Made by a program: the position numbers and the translations under genes. From positions 1,856,001 through 1,920,000 of the forward strand of contig CAWHFW010000005.1 of assembly GCA_963828735.1 (NCBI GenBank): a DNA stretch of 64,000 nucleotides, given 5' to 3'. The notes under the pieces were generated by a model. That model was not told the origin of the DNA, made no database searches, and saw nothing but the letters and a program-made list of their open reading frames with translations. Positions 1 through 9,135 of the stretch are shown in pieces (position 1 is the first letter of the stretch; every line of letters begins with the position of its first letter). Origin of the DNA: an uncultured Gemmatimonadales bacterium (GTDB taxonomy: Bacteria; Gemmatimonadota; Gemmatimonadetes; Gemmatimonadales; GWC2-71-9).

Positions 1-1852
1 CCCGCGGCGCATCGGGCAGCCAGCGCAGCGCCTCCTCGACATACGGCGCGGCCGCGCCCGCCACGGCGCGCGGAGCGTACCCGGCAGTGATGTGCTCCGG
101 CGGCAGGTGGGCCGTGCCCGCCGGAATCGAGACCGTGAACCTCGAGCCCACATCCTCCTCGCTCGCGACCTCGACCTTGCCGCCATGCAGCCGGACGAGC
201 TCCTGCACCAATGCCAGCCCGATGCCGGTGCCCTCGTGGGTCCGCGAGCGGGCGTGCGGCACGCGATAGAACCGCTCGAAAAGATGGGGTACCTGCGCGG
301 CCGGGATGCCGACACCGGTGTCGCGCACCTCGAGGACGAACTTATTGCGCGACCGGCGGACCGAGACGGCGATCTCTCCGGCGAACGTATGCTTGAACGC
401 GTTGGAGATCAGGTTGAGGACGATCTTCTCCCACATGTCGCGATCCACGTACGCGGGCTCCGCGAGCCGGGCGCAGTCCACCCGGAGCGCGAGGCCGGCG
501 CGCTCGATTGCCGAACGAAACGTTCCGGCGAGCTCCGCGGTGAACGAGGCGAGGTCCACCGGCGCGTAGGCCGCCTCCACCCTCCCGGCTTCGATCCGCG
601 AGAAGTCGAGCAGTGTATTGACCAGCTTGAGCAGGCGGAGCGCATTCCGGTGCGCCACCGTGAGGTTCTCGCGCATGTCCGTCGCGGCGTCGGCGCTCCG
701 CGTGGCCAACGCCTCCTCCAGCGGGCCGAGCAGCAGCGTGAGCGGCGTTCGGAACTCGTGGCTCACGTTGGAGAAGAACGCGGTCTTGGCCCGATCGATT
801 TCGGTCAGCGCCTCCGCGCGCCGCCGCTCCTCCTCGTAGGCGCCAGCGTTCGCGATCGCCGTGGCCGCCTGCGCGGCGATCAGCTCGGCGAAGACGACGT
901 ACGCCTCGTCCAGGGCGATGCGCGCGCTCACCCCGAAGACGAGGAGGCCGGCGAGGCGGTGTGGCACGTTCGACGGGATGGGCAGGACCAGCGCCTGGCG
1001 CGGCGGGTCCGACCACGGTCCCGGCGGGATGTTCGAGAGGCGGGTGGCGAGATCCTCCACGACCTCCAACCGCTCGCCGCGGAAGGCCGCACCGACGGGC
1101 CATCCGCGCCCGCCATCCCCTTCGAGAGACACCTCCAGCGGCGCCGATGCCGCGCCGCGCTCGACGCCCGCGGCACCCGCGAGGCGGGCCGTCGAGGCGT
1201 CCGCCTCGACGAGGTACACCAGTGCAAAGGGGACGTCCTTGGAATGGCGGCTCAGGACCTCGGCGACGACGCCGCACGCTTCCTCCGCGGTCTTCGCCTC
1301 GGCGGAGCGGGCGCCCAGCTCGCCCAGCGCCGCGAGGCGCCGCTCCTGGATGACCTGCTGGGTGGTCTCGTGGATGGTGGCGAGCACGCCGCCGATCCCG
1401 CGCGGCGCGGCTTCGTCGGGCACGGGGCTGTAGGCGATGGTGAAGTGAGTCTCCTCGAGGAACCCGTGCCGGTGTATCTCGAGAAGGATGTCGTCCATCC
1501 AGGTCGCGGGCCCGCCGTTGAAGGGCGTCTCGACCAGCGGACCTATGATGTGCCAGATCTCCGGCCAGCACTCGGGGCCGGCCTGTCCCAGGGCCTTCGG
1601 GTGCTTGGTCCCCGGGACCGGGATGTAGGCATCGTTGTAGAGCTGGATGAGCTCCGGTCCCCACCAGAGGAGGTGGGGGAACCGGTTGGCCAGCATGAGG
1701 CGGACCGTGGCCCGCAGGGTGGGCGACCACCGGTCGATCGGGCCGAGGGGCGTGGCTGACCAGTCCATGGCCCGGATCCGCTGGGCCATCTCACCATCCC
1801 CCAACGAGGGGATGGAGGGGACGACAGGGGAGCCGCTCATGGTGGTCGCCAT
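1..1852 (-). CDS. PAS/GAF sensor histidine kinase (probably hybrid), 3' end runs off the window
   Basis: Absent from the ORF track because it is truncated. Manual translation of the minus strand gives MATTMSG..DWSATPLGP..YNDAY.., H-box SHEFRTPLT, N-box NLISNAFKHT, G1 DTGVGI, G2 EGTGIGL. Alternative ATG at 1840. Confidence 0.9.
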   Translation of the reverse strand, partial: MATTMSGSPVVPSIPSLGDGEMAQRIRAMDWSATPLGPIDRWSPTLRATVRLMLANRFPHLLWWGPELIQLYNDAYIPVPGTKHPKALGQAGPECWPEIWHIIGPLVETPFNGGPATWMDDILLEIHRHGFLEETHFTIAYSPVPDEAAPRGIGGVLATIHETTQQVIQERRLAALGELGARSAEAKTAEEACGVVAEVLSRHSKDVPFALVYLVEADASTARLAGAAGVERGAASAPLEVSLEGDGGRGWPVGAAFRGERLEVVEDLATRLSNIPPGPWSDPPRQALVLPIPSNVPHRLAGLLVFGVSARIALDEAYVVFAELIAAQAATAIANAGAYEEERRRAEALTEIDRAKTAFFSNVSHEFRTPLTLLLGPLEEALATRSADAATDMRENLTVAHRNALRLLKLVNTLLDFSRIEAGRVEAAYAPVDLASFTAELAGTFRSAIERAGLALRVDCARLAEPAYVDRDMWEKIVLNLISNAFKHTFAGEIAVSVRRSRNKFVLEVRDTGVGIPAAQVPHLFERFYRVPHARSRTHEGTGIGLALVQELVRLHGGKVEVASEEDVGSRFTVSIPAGTAHLPPEHITAGYAPRAVAGAAAPYVEEALRWLPDAPR

Positions 1853-2073
1853 GTCAGTGTGCCGTTGATGTAGGTCGGGTGCCGCCCATGGGGCGGCGAA
1901 GAGCGGGTGGGTGCCCGACGGCCGGATAGGCACCGACTCATACTTTAGCCTGCCGGAGTCAACTGGCCAGTGATGCGCCGCACACACTGGGGCCCAGGGT
2001 TTTGGCTGGGTGGGGTGTTGGGCGCCGTCGAGGGAAGCGGATTCCGCCTCCGGCGGGCGCCAGCGGTGTCGCG

Positions 2074-2715
2074 CTACGGCCTCACGAACTTGAAATGGGT
2101 CACCAGCGGCGCGCACACGGTCTCCGCGAGCTCCAGTGCCGGGAGGGTGCCGACGCCGTCGAACAGCCGCTCGCCGCCACCCAGGAGGATGGGCGCGAGC
2201 GAGATCACCATCTCGTCCACCAGGCCGGCGCGCAGGTACGCGCGGCTGATGCTCGCGCCACCCGCCAACGCCACGTCCTGGCCCTTCGCCGTCCCGCGCG
2301 CCTGCTCGAGCGCCGCCTCGATGCCGCCGGTGACGAACGTGAACGTCGTGCCACCCTCGAGCGCCAGCGGCGTCCGGGCATAGTGCGTCAGCACGAACAC
2401 CGGGTGATGAAACGGAGGATTGGTTCCCCACCATCCGTTCCAGGGACTCGCCGGATTCCACGGCCCCGGATGCCCGCCGAACATGTTCCGGCCCATGATC
2501 GTGGCCCCGATGCCGGCGAGGAGGTCCTCGAGCACCGCGGTGCTCGCGTTCACCTCGCCGCCCTCGAGTCCGTGCGGCTGCCGCCACGCGGCGAGCTCGA
2601 ACGCCCACTCGTGCAGGGCCTCGCCGCCAATGCCCAGCGGATTCTCGACGCTCTGCTCCGGGGCGGAGGTATAGCCATCGAGGGACATCGCGATTCGGAA
2701 GCGCAACTTCGACAC
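2074..2715 (-). CDS. Dihydrofolate reductase/RibD C-terminal family protein
   Basis: Motifs MSLDGY, IMGRNMF, VFVLTH, AGGA and GLVDEM..LAPILLGGG. Confidence 0.9.
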   Translation of the reverse strand: MSKLRFRIAMSLDGYTSAPEQSVENPLGIGGEALHEWAFELAAWRQPHGLEGGEVNASTAVLEDLLAGIGATIMGRNMFGGHPGPWNPASPWNGWWGTNPPFHHPVFVLTHYARTPLALEGGTTFTFVTGGIEAALEQARGTAKGQDVALAGGASISRAYLRAGLVDEMVISLAPILLGGGERLFDGVGTLPALELAETVCAPLVTHFKFVRP

Positions 2716-2858
2716 GCCGGTGCCTCCTGACAGGGCTCGAGGGAAGGTATAAACGGGAGTCGTGGCTGGGGAAACCGGGCTATCCTCTCACAGCTCGGGC
2801 GCGGATGTGGACGTGATGTCGCATGTACTCTGCGGCCCCAATCTGTGGGACTCGAAAA

Positions 2859-3617
2859 TCAGGACGCCCGCGCGCCCGTGCCCTGCTCATCCGGACCCAC
2901 GGCGCCCACGGTTTCCGACAGCGCCTTCTCGTCCGTCAGGTCGAGCCGAAGCGGCGTGAGCGAGATCCAGCCGTGTTCCACCGCCCACCGGTCAGTCCCT
3001 TCGTCCGGCGCTTCGAGCGGCATCGTGGTGATCCAGAAGTGCGGCCGACCGCGGGGATCGTGCCCCGGCACGACCCGGCCATCATAGTGCCGGACGGATT
3101 GGCGGGTCCAGCGGAGCCCGCGAGGCTTCAAGGGAAAATTGACGTTGACCAATGGGCAGCGCTCCTGCGTGATCAGGAGCTCGAGTACCTGCTCGACCCA
3201 CGGGGCGAGCGCGGCGAAATCCGGCTGATCGTCGGCCGTCGGGGTGCTGAGCGCGATCCCGCGAAGGCCCAGGAGCGGAGCCTGCTTGGCCGCCGCGAGC
3301 GTCCCCGAGTGCCAGATCGAATTGCCGAGGTTCGAGCCCAGATTGATGCCTGACAGCACGACGTCCACCCCCTCCCATTCCGCGACACCGACCGTGACGC
3401 AGTCGGCGGGTGTGCCGTTCACCCGGAACGCCTGGTGGTCGCCGATCACAGTGGCCTTGACGGTGAGGGGCCTAGAGTGGGTGATGGCGTGCCCCATCGA
3501 GGACTGCTCGACGTCGGGCGCCACGATCCGTACCTCACCGAACCGGCGTGCCACGTCGGCCAGGGCGCGGAGGCCGGGACTGTAGATGCCGTCGTCGTTG
3601 GCGATCAGGATTTTCAT
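2859..3617 (-). CDS. surE: 5'/3'-nucleotidase SurE
   Basis: Motifs MKILIANDDG, NGTPADCV, SGINLGSN and SGT. GAGGAGG RBS before the ATG at 3617. Confidence 0.93.
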   Translation of the reverse strand: MKILIANDDGIYSPGLRALADVARRFGEVRIVAPDVEQSSMGHAITHSRPLTVKATVIGDHQAFRVNGTPADCVTVGVAEWEGVDVVLSGINLGSNLGNSIWHSGTLAAAKQAPLLGLRGIALSTPTADDQPDFAALAPWVEQVLELLITQERCPLVNVNFPLKPRGLRWTRQSVRHYDGRVVPGHDPRGRPHFWITTMPLEAPDEGTDRWAVEHGWISLTPLRLDLTDEKALSETVGAVGPDEQGTGARAS

Positions 3618-3639
3618 CGCACCTCCTCGGTGAAGCGAT

Positions 3640-4500
3640 ATGCGGATCACGCTCGTGCTCAACCCGGACGCCGGCAACGGCGAGACGCCTGCCACGGAGC
3701 TCCGGCGGATCATCGAGGCCGCGGGACACGACGTGCGGGTCCGCCGGGTCCGGAAGTCCAGCACGGCCGACGAGCTCCTCGATCCGGGCGACCTCGTCGC
3801 CGTGGCCGGCGGGGATGGGACGGTGGGCCGGGTGATGAAAGCATTGGCCGGCGGGCCCGTTCCCATGGCCATCCTGCCCACGGGCACCGCCAACAACATC
3901 GCCACGTCGCTCGGGATCCTCGGTGATCCAGGCAAGATCGTGGCGGGGTGGGCCGGTCACGAGGTCCGCCAGGTGGACGTGGGGTCGGCGCGGGGACCAT
4001 GGGGTGTCACGCGGTTCGTGGAATCCGTGGGCGTGGGGCTCCTCGCCCACCTGATGACGCCGGCGGTGTCGGAGAAGCTGGAGGGCGTGGACGACGCGCG
4101 CACCGCGGCCCGTCGCGCGGCCCGCACGCTGCCGGCGCCCGAGCGGCGGGTCGAGCTCGACGGCCGGGACCTCAGCGGCAACTACCTGCTGCTCGAAGCG
4201 ATGAACATCCGCTGCGCCGGCCCCAACCTGTGGTTGGCCGACCAGGCCAGGGCGGGGGACGGGAAGCTCGAGATCGTTCGCGCGCTGGAGCGCGATCGGG
4301 CCGCGGTGGTGGCCTTGGCCGATACCTTCGGGACCTCTCGTCCCACGCTGCCCACGGAGCGCGGCACGCGCCTTCGGGTCTGGTGCGAGGCGGACGAGCT
4401 CCATGTGGACGACGCCCACGGGGCCGAGCTGGGGCAGTGGATGGGGCAGGCGGAGGTGGAGGTGTCGCTCGGCGAGTGGAGGGTTGGTGTGCTGAGGTGA
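3640..4500 (+). CDS. Diacylglycerol/lipid kinase family protein (DAGK_cat)
   Basis: Motifs LNP.AG, AGGDGT and LPTGTANNIA. Confidence 0.88.
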   Translation: MRITLVLNPDAGNGETPATELRRIIEAAGHDVRVRRVRKSSTADELLDPGDLVAVAGGDGTVGRVMKALAGGPVPMAILPTGTANNIATSLGILGDPGKIVAGWAGHEVRQVDVGSARGPWGVTRFVESVGVGLLAHLMTPAVSEKLEGVDDARTAARRAARTLPAPERRVELDGRDLSGNYLLLEAMNIRCAGPNLWLADQARAGDGKLEIVRALERDRAAVVALADTFGTSRPTLPTERGTRLRVWCEADELHVDDAHGAELGQWMGQAEVEVSLGEWRVGVLR

Positions 4501-4528
4501 GGCGGCACGTGAAGGGACCGCTTGGCGC

Positions 4529-5260
4529 TCACGGTGATTTGGCTTCCGCGCGAACGCCGATCGCATGGATCTCGAACGTCACCCGATCCGCGACTTTCAC
4601 CGTGCCGCCGGGGCCACCGCTGTAGGGCTTGATGCCAAAGTCCGTCTGCTTGACGGAAAACGTGGACGTAGCCTCGAGCGTATCCACCCCGATCCGCACG
4701 GCGATATCGATCGGGACCTCGCGCGTCTGGCCCACCAGCGTGAGCGCGCCGACCAGGTGAAAGCCATTCGCCCTCGGCGTGACCTGCCGGGACGCCAGCC
4801 TGATCTCGTGGTATTCCGCCGTTCGCAGGACCTCTTCGCGCATTGCCGCCGTGACCTTGCGGATCTCGGCCGTATCCGGTGGAGTCAGGACTTCGAGGCT
4901 GTCGGCGACCACCGTGATGTCCAGGTGGGAGCTCGAGGGGGTTTTCGGGTAGTAGACGACCTGGCCGTGGAAGGCACGGGCGCGGATGACGTGGCTGTGG
5001 CCGGCGAACCCGAACAGTCCGGACTTTCCCGTCTGGACCTGCAGGCGGCTACCGGGCGCCAGCCGATAGGTGACGGAGTCAGCTTCCTTGACGCGCTCAT
5101 CCACCTGACCGGACAGGTCGGCGCGCTCGGCCTCTGCCGCGGACCGCGCCTCGGAGTCCGATCGGCCGCCCCCGAACGGATCGGGTTGCTGGGCGCGTGA
5201 CGCGGTGACGCAGAGGCTCAGAACGAGCGCGATGACGATCGACCGTGCGTCGTGACGCAT
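4529..5260 (-). CDS. YceI family lipid/polyisoprenoid-binding protein, exported
   Basis: Signal peptide; motifs AGHSH, GALTLVGQTREV and KQTDFGIKPY. Confidence 0.85.
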   Translation of the reverse strand: MRHDARSIVIALVLSLCVTASRAQQPDPFGGGRSDSEARSAAEAERADLSGQVDERVKEADSVTYRLAPGSRLQVQTGKSGLFGFAGHSHVIRARAFHGQVVYYPKTPSSSHLDITVVADSLEVLTPPDTAEIRKVTAAMREEVLRTAEYHEIRLASRQVTPRANGFHLVGALTLVGQTREVPIDIAVRIGVDTLEATSTFSVKQTDFGIKPYSGGPGGTVKVADRVTFEIHAIGVRAEAKSP

Positions 5261-5353
5261 CGGTTCACTCCTCGGACCATGGTGCCCCTGGAAACATACG
5301 GCACGGAGGGCTCGTGAATCCAGCGACTCCAGTTCGGGGTGGTGTCTCTGACC

Positions 5354-6943
5354 TCACGCGCTGCCGCCGGCCGCCGCGTGCAGCGTCCACCACTCCCGCG
5401 CCCGTGACTCGCTCCAGGGCTCGGGCACTTCCGCTTCCTCCAGCCTCCGCGCCAACTCGCGCGCGGTCTGCGGCCGATCCGCCGGATCCTTCGCCAGGCA
5501 CGCGAGCACGATCCGCTCGAGCGTCGGTGGAATCGGTCGCCCGCTGCGGATCGACGGCGGGACCGGCTCCGTACTCACGTGATGCATCAGGATCGCCATC
5601 GGCGTATCGCCCGTGAACACGTACTCGCCCGTCAGCAGCCAGTACGCCACGCAGCCGGTGGCGTAGATGTCCGCCCGCCCGTCCACCCGCACGCCGCCCA
5701 ACGCCTGCTCCGGTGCGATGAAGGCGGGCGTTCCCTGAACGAGGTTCTCCGCCGTAAGGTCCGGCGCCGGCGTCGCGCCGCCGTCGAGGCCTTTCACCAA
5801 CCCGAAGTCCAACACCTTGACGAAGTCGTGATCCTCGCCATACCGGCAGAGGAAGATGTTGGCTGGCTTGATGTCGCGATGCACGAGCCCGCAGGACTCG
5901 GCTTCACTCAGCGAATGGCACACTTGCCGCAGGACGAATACGGCGCGCTCGCTCGGCAGCGGGCCGTGCCTCCGCACCAGCGCGTCGGCGTCGAGGCCGT
6001 CCAGGAGCTCCATCACGAAGTAGAACGCGCCGTCGGTGGCTACACCGTAGTCGAACAGCTCTACCGTGTGAGGCGAGCGGAGACGCGCGATGGCCTGCGC
6101 CTCCTGCTCGAAGCGGCGCTGCTGCTCCTCCGACGCGGCGCCGCCGCCGACCGGCCGGCGGATGAGCTTGATGGCCGCGGGGCGCGCCAGCATCCGATGC
6201 CGGGCGCGCCAGACCTCGCCCATCCCACCCTGGCCCAGCCGCTCCTCCAGCCGGTAGCTCCCCATCTCGCGCGCCGCCGCCACCTGTCGGCCGAGACCGT
6301 AGATGACGCGTGCCCCGATGTAGGCGAACCCGACGCCCAGGGCGGGGGCGAGCACGGACTGGAAGTATGCATCGAGGCTCGCGGTGACCTTGCCCCAGCG
6401 CTCGAGCAGCAGGAGCGCGAGCGGCGACATGGCCGCCGCGACGATGGCGGCGGCGAGCATCCGCCGGGGCGGGCCCGGCATGATGAGGGGGAACAGCACG
6501 ATGACGGTTGGCACCCAGGTGAGCGGCGGGATGACGCCGTGGTCGATGTACCACTCCCACATGGTGGTGAACGCGATCGTGAAGCACACCACGACCTCGT
6601 AGATCAGCATCAGGCTGAGCAGCCGGGAGGGAGACCCATCGCGCCGACGGGCGGTCCGCCAGATGACCCCGGACGCCACCGCGACCGCCGCGTCCGCCAG
6701 GACGAATCCCGCCCTGTCGTAGAACTCCGGCGGCGGCTGGTCGCCCAGGAGCACACCCACGAGCCAGCTGAGCGCGAAGAGGACGGGCCCGACGGAGAAG
6801 GCGCAGACGAGGAGGAGCGAGAGCAGGCGCACGCGCCCGCGGACCTGGTCCAGGAGGTCCTGTGGCAGTGCTGAGATCCTGGAGGAGCCGACCGAAGGCG
6901 CTTGAGGCCCCAGGAGCGTGACGTGCTGGTCCGTGCGATTCAT
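5354..6943 (-). CDS. Membrane-bound Ser/Thr protein kinase (N-terminal multi-TM region, C-terminal kinase)
   Basis: Motifs GQGGMG, AAIK, HRDIKPAN, DFG and APE; about 6 hydrophobic helices. Start is ATG 6943 or GTG 6946. Confidence 0.92.
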   Translation of the reverse strand: MNRTDQHVTLLGPQAPSVGSSRISALPQDLLDQVRGRVRLLSLLLVCAFSVGPVLFALSWLVGVLLGDQPPPEFYDRAGFVLADAAVAVASGVIWRTARRRDGSPSRLLSLMLIYEVVVCFTIAFTTMWEWYIDHGVIPPLTWVPTVIVLFPLIMPGPPRRMLAAAIVAAAMSPLALLLLERWGKVTASLDAYFQSVLAPALGVGFAYIGARVIYGLGRQVAAAREMGSYRLEERLGQGGMGEVWRARHRMLARPAAIKLIRRPVGGGAASEEQQRRFEQEAQAIARLRSPHTVELFDYGVATDGAFYFVMELLDGLDADALVRRHGPLPSERAVFVLRQVCHSLSEAESCGLVHRDIKPANIFLCRYGEDHDFVKVLDFGLVKGLDGGATPAPDLTAENLVQGTPAFIAPEQALGGVRVDGRADIYATGCVAYWLLTGEYVFTGDTPMAILMHHVSTEPVPPSIRSGRPIPPTLERIVLACLAKDPADRPQTARELARRLEEAEVPEPWSESRAREWWTLHAAAGGSA

Positions 6944-7096
6944 CACCTATCCATGCGAGACGCGAGCGTCGTGGAGCTCGCGTGCCGACTCCGCAGCGCT
7001 GGAGGGACTGTTCCCACTGTGGGTGATAGTGCCCCCTCGGGGGTACACAGCGCCAGTCCACACAGCGGCGCGGACCCCGCGAACTCTCGATACCGC
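6943..7096 (-). pseudogene. Remnant of a LysR regulator 3' end
   Basis: Aligns to 17463-17616 at roughly 70% nt by hand. Translates RYREFAGSAPLCGLALCTPEGALSPTV...ASRMDR* versus RYRELTGAAPEYGLALCTADGPLSPAV...ASRMAR*. Confidence 0.75.
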
Positions 7097-7200
7097 GGGC
7101 TCACCGCTGTGACCGGGGAACTGCCTACGTCACGGCGGCCGGACCATATGGTCGAGGCTCACGCAGTCTGACAGCGGCAGCGCTTTTCGAGACCCAGGCC

Positions 7201-7227
7201 TGTCACAAACCGACCGCCTTCCGTGTC
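7201..7227 (+). promoter_or_regulatory. ECF41-type promoter TGTCACA-N16-TGTC upstream of the sigma gene
   Basis: Matches the ECF41 consensus TGTCACA-N16-CGTC with one mismatch; recurs at 8115. Confidence 0.75.
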
Positions 7228-7239
7228 ATCTTCAGACGG

Positions 7240-8106
7240 ATGGAAACGCGCGAATCGGTGTTCGCCTCGACGAGGCCGATGCTCTTCGCCATAGCCTACC
7301 GGATGCTCGGTAGCGTGATGGATGCCGAAGACCTGGTCCAGGACGCCTGGCTCCGCTGGCAGGAGGCGCCCGAGGTCGAGGTGCGCTCGCCGCGCGCGTA
7401 TCTGACAACCATCGTCACGCGGCTCGCCATCAACCGGCTGCGGGCGGCCCGCACGAAGCGGGAAACGTACGTCGGACCCTGGCTTCCGGAGCCGCTGGTG
7501 ACCCAAGACACTCCCGATGCTGTGGAGCTGGCGGAGTCGCTCTCGATGGCGTTCCTGGTTCTCCTCGAGCGGCTGTCGCCGATCGAGCGTGCGGTGTTCC
7601 TGCTGCACGAGGTGTTCGACTTCGAGTACGCCGAGATCGCGCGGGTGGTGGACAAGACCGAGGCCAACTGCCGGCAGCTCCTCGCGCGGGCGAAGCAGCG
7701 GGTGGGCGCGGCGCGCACCCGCTTCGAGGCCGATCCGGACCAGGCCCGGCGGCTGACCGAGCGCTTCACGGAAGCCTCGGTCGCCGGTGATCTGGACGGC
7801 CTGCTGACGGTGCTGGCGGAAGACATCACCCTGTGGGCGGACGGCGGGGGCAAGGCCAAGGGCGCGGCACTCAAGCCAGTGCACGGCGCGACACCTGTGG
7901 CCCGATTCATCCTCGGCATCATGCGGAATGTGGTTCCGGTGGGAACCGCCTTCCACGCCGCGCGGATCAACGGACAGCCGGGCTTCATCGCCTACCTGAG
8001 CGGCCGGCCGCTGTCCGCGCTCATCTTCGACATCCATGACGGGCGCATTCACACGATCTACGCCGTCGGCAACCCCGACAAACTGCAGGCCCTCCCGGCG
8101 TCCTAG
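7240..8106 (+). CDS. ECF41 (SigJ-like) sigma factor with SnoaL-like C-terminal extension
   Basis: Hallmark motifs WLPEP, DGGG and NPDKL are all present. Confidence 0.93.
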   Translation: METRESVFASTRPMLFAIAYRMLGSVMDAEDLVQDAWLRWQEAPEVEVRSPRAYLTTIVTRLAINRLRAARTKRETYVGPWLPEPLVTQDTPDAVELAESLSMAFLVLLERLSPIERAVFLLHEVFDFEYAEIARVVDKTEANCRQLLARAKQRVGAARTRFEADPDQARRLTERFTEASVAGDLDGLLTVLAEDITLWADGGGKAKGAALKPVHGATPVARFILGIMRNVVPVGTAFHAARINGQPGFIAYLSGRPLSALIFDIHDGRIHTIYAVGNPDKLQALPAS

Positions 8107-8114
8107 CTCCCCGC

Positions 8115-8141
8115 TGTCACAAACCGGCCGTCCACGTTGTC
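8115..8141 (+). promoter_or_regulatory. ECF41-type promoter TGTCACA-N16-TGTC upstream of the oxidoreductase
   Basis: Same spacing and motif as 7201-7227. Confidence 0.75.
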
Positions 8142-8170
8142 ATGATCGTGGTGATGCTTCGCAGCCACGA

Positions 8171-8234
8171 GGCGTCCCGAGCGAGGCGAAGGAGCCATGC
8201 GCAGGGCACGCCCCTTCGCTTCGCTGAGAATGAC
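8171..8234. repeat. REP-like imperfect palindrome
   Basis: Arms AGCGAGGCGAAGGAGC / GCCCCTTCGCTTCGCT, ending ..GAGAATGAC. Resembles GTCATCCTGAGCGAAGCGAAGGA-type extragenic palindromes. Confidence 0.55.
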
Positions 8235-8317
8235 TTCGCAAGGAGGGAAAGCCAGTGTCGGTGGACTCTTATCTCGCTCGTTCCGCACATCCCTCACCAT
8301 TCGCCGATCGTGGCGGG

Positions 8318-9001
8318 GTGCGAACGTTGAAGCTCACGATCTTCGGCGCGACCGGAGGCATCGGCGGTCAGCTCCTCGAGCAGGCGGTCGCCGCGGGTTA
8401 CGAGGTCACCGCCGTCGTGCGCGACCCGAGCAGCCTCGCGCCGAGCCGGAACGGCGTGCGGGTCGTCACGGCCGATCTGGCGGAGGCGGAGCCGGGAGTC
8501 CTCGAGTCGGCCGTGCGCGGCGCGGATGCGGTGCTGTCCGGCGTGGGACCGAGGGCGATGACGAAGGCCGGTGTGGCGGAGCAGGGGACGCGGGCGATCG
8601 TCCACGCGATGGACGCGACCGGCGCCCGGCGGCTCGTCGTGGTCAGCGCGGCGCCGATCTCGACGATGCCATCGCCGCGGCGGCCGCATCCGCCACGCCG
8701 CGATCCGGGTGAGGGGTTCTTCATGCGCACCATGCTCACCCCGTTCGCCCATGCCGTGATGCGCGAGCGGTACGCCGACCTGGCTCAGATGGAGGACGCG
8801 CTACGGGAGAGCGACCTGGACTGGACGATCTTCCGGCCACCGCGGCTCACGAATGGACGGCTGACCGGCTCGTACCGGACGGCGCTCGGGAGGAACCTGC
8901 GAGGAGGCCTGGTCGTCTCGCGGGCGGACGTCGCGCACGCGATGCTGGCCGCGGTGGGCCAGGCCGACACGATCAGACGCGAGGTGGGGATCGCCCGCTG
9001 A
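8318..9001 (+). CDS. NAD(P)H-binding oxidoreductase (atypical SDR, flavin-reductase-like)
   Basis: Motifs FGATGGIG, DWTIFRPPRL and SRADVA. Start is GTG 8318 or TTG 8327. Confidence 0.88.
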   Translation: MRTLKLTIFGATGGIGGQLLEQAVAAGYEVTAVVRDPSSLAPSRNGVRVVTADLAEAEPGVLESAVRGADAVLSGVGPRAMTKAGVAEQGTRAIVHAMDATGARRLVVVSAAPISTMPSPRRPHPPRRDPGEGFFMRTMLTPFAHAVMRERYADLAQMEDALRESDLDWTIFRPPRLTNGRLTGSYRTALGRNLRGGLVVSRADVAHAMLAAVGQADTIRREVGIAR

Positions 9002-9135
9002 TCGCTGACCGCGGTCGCAGGGCGTTCAGCTCGCCCGTCTCACGCGCACGGGCCGGGAATACGATGGAACCTGCGCCGTCGGGTTCTGCAACGACCGGCG
9101 ACGGAAGGCGCGTCACCTCAGGGTGCATGCCGGGC

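Noticed and set aside
92..1759. 555-aa plus-strand ORF
   Set aside because: Antisense shadow of the minus-strand histidine kinase, which carries all the kinase motifs.
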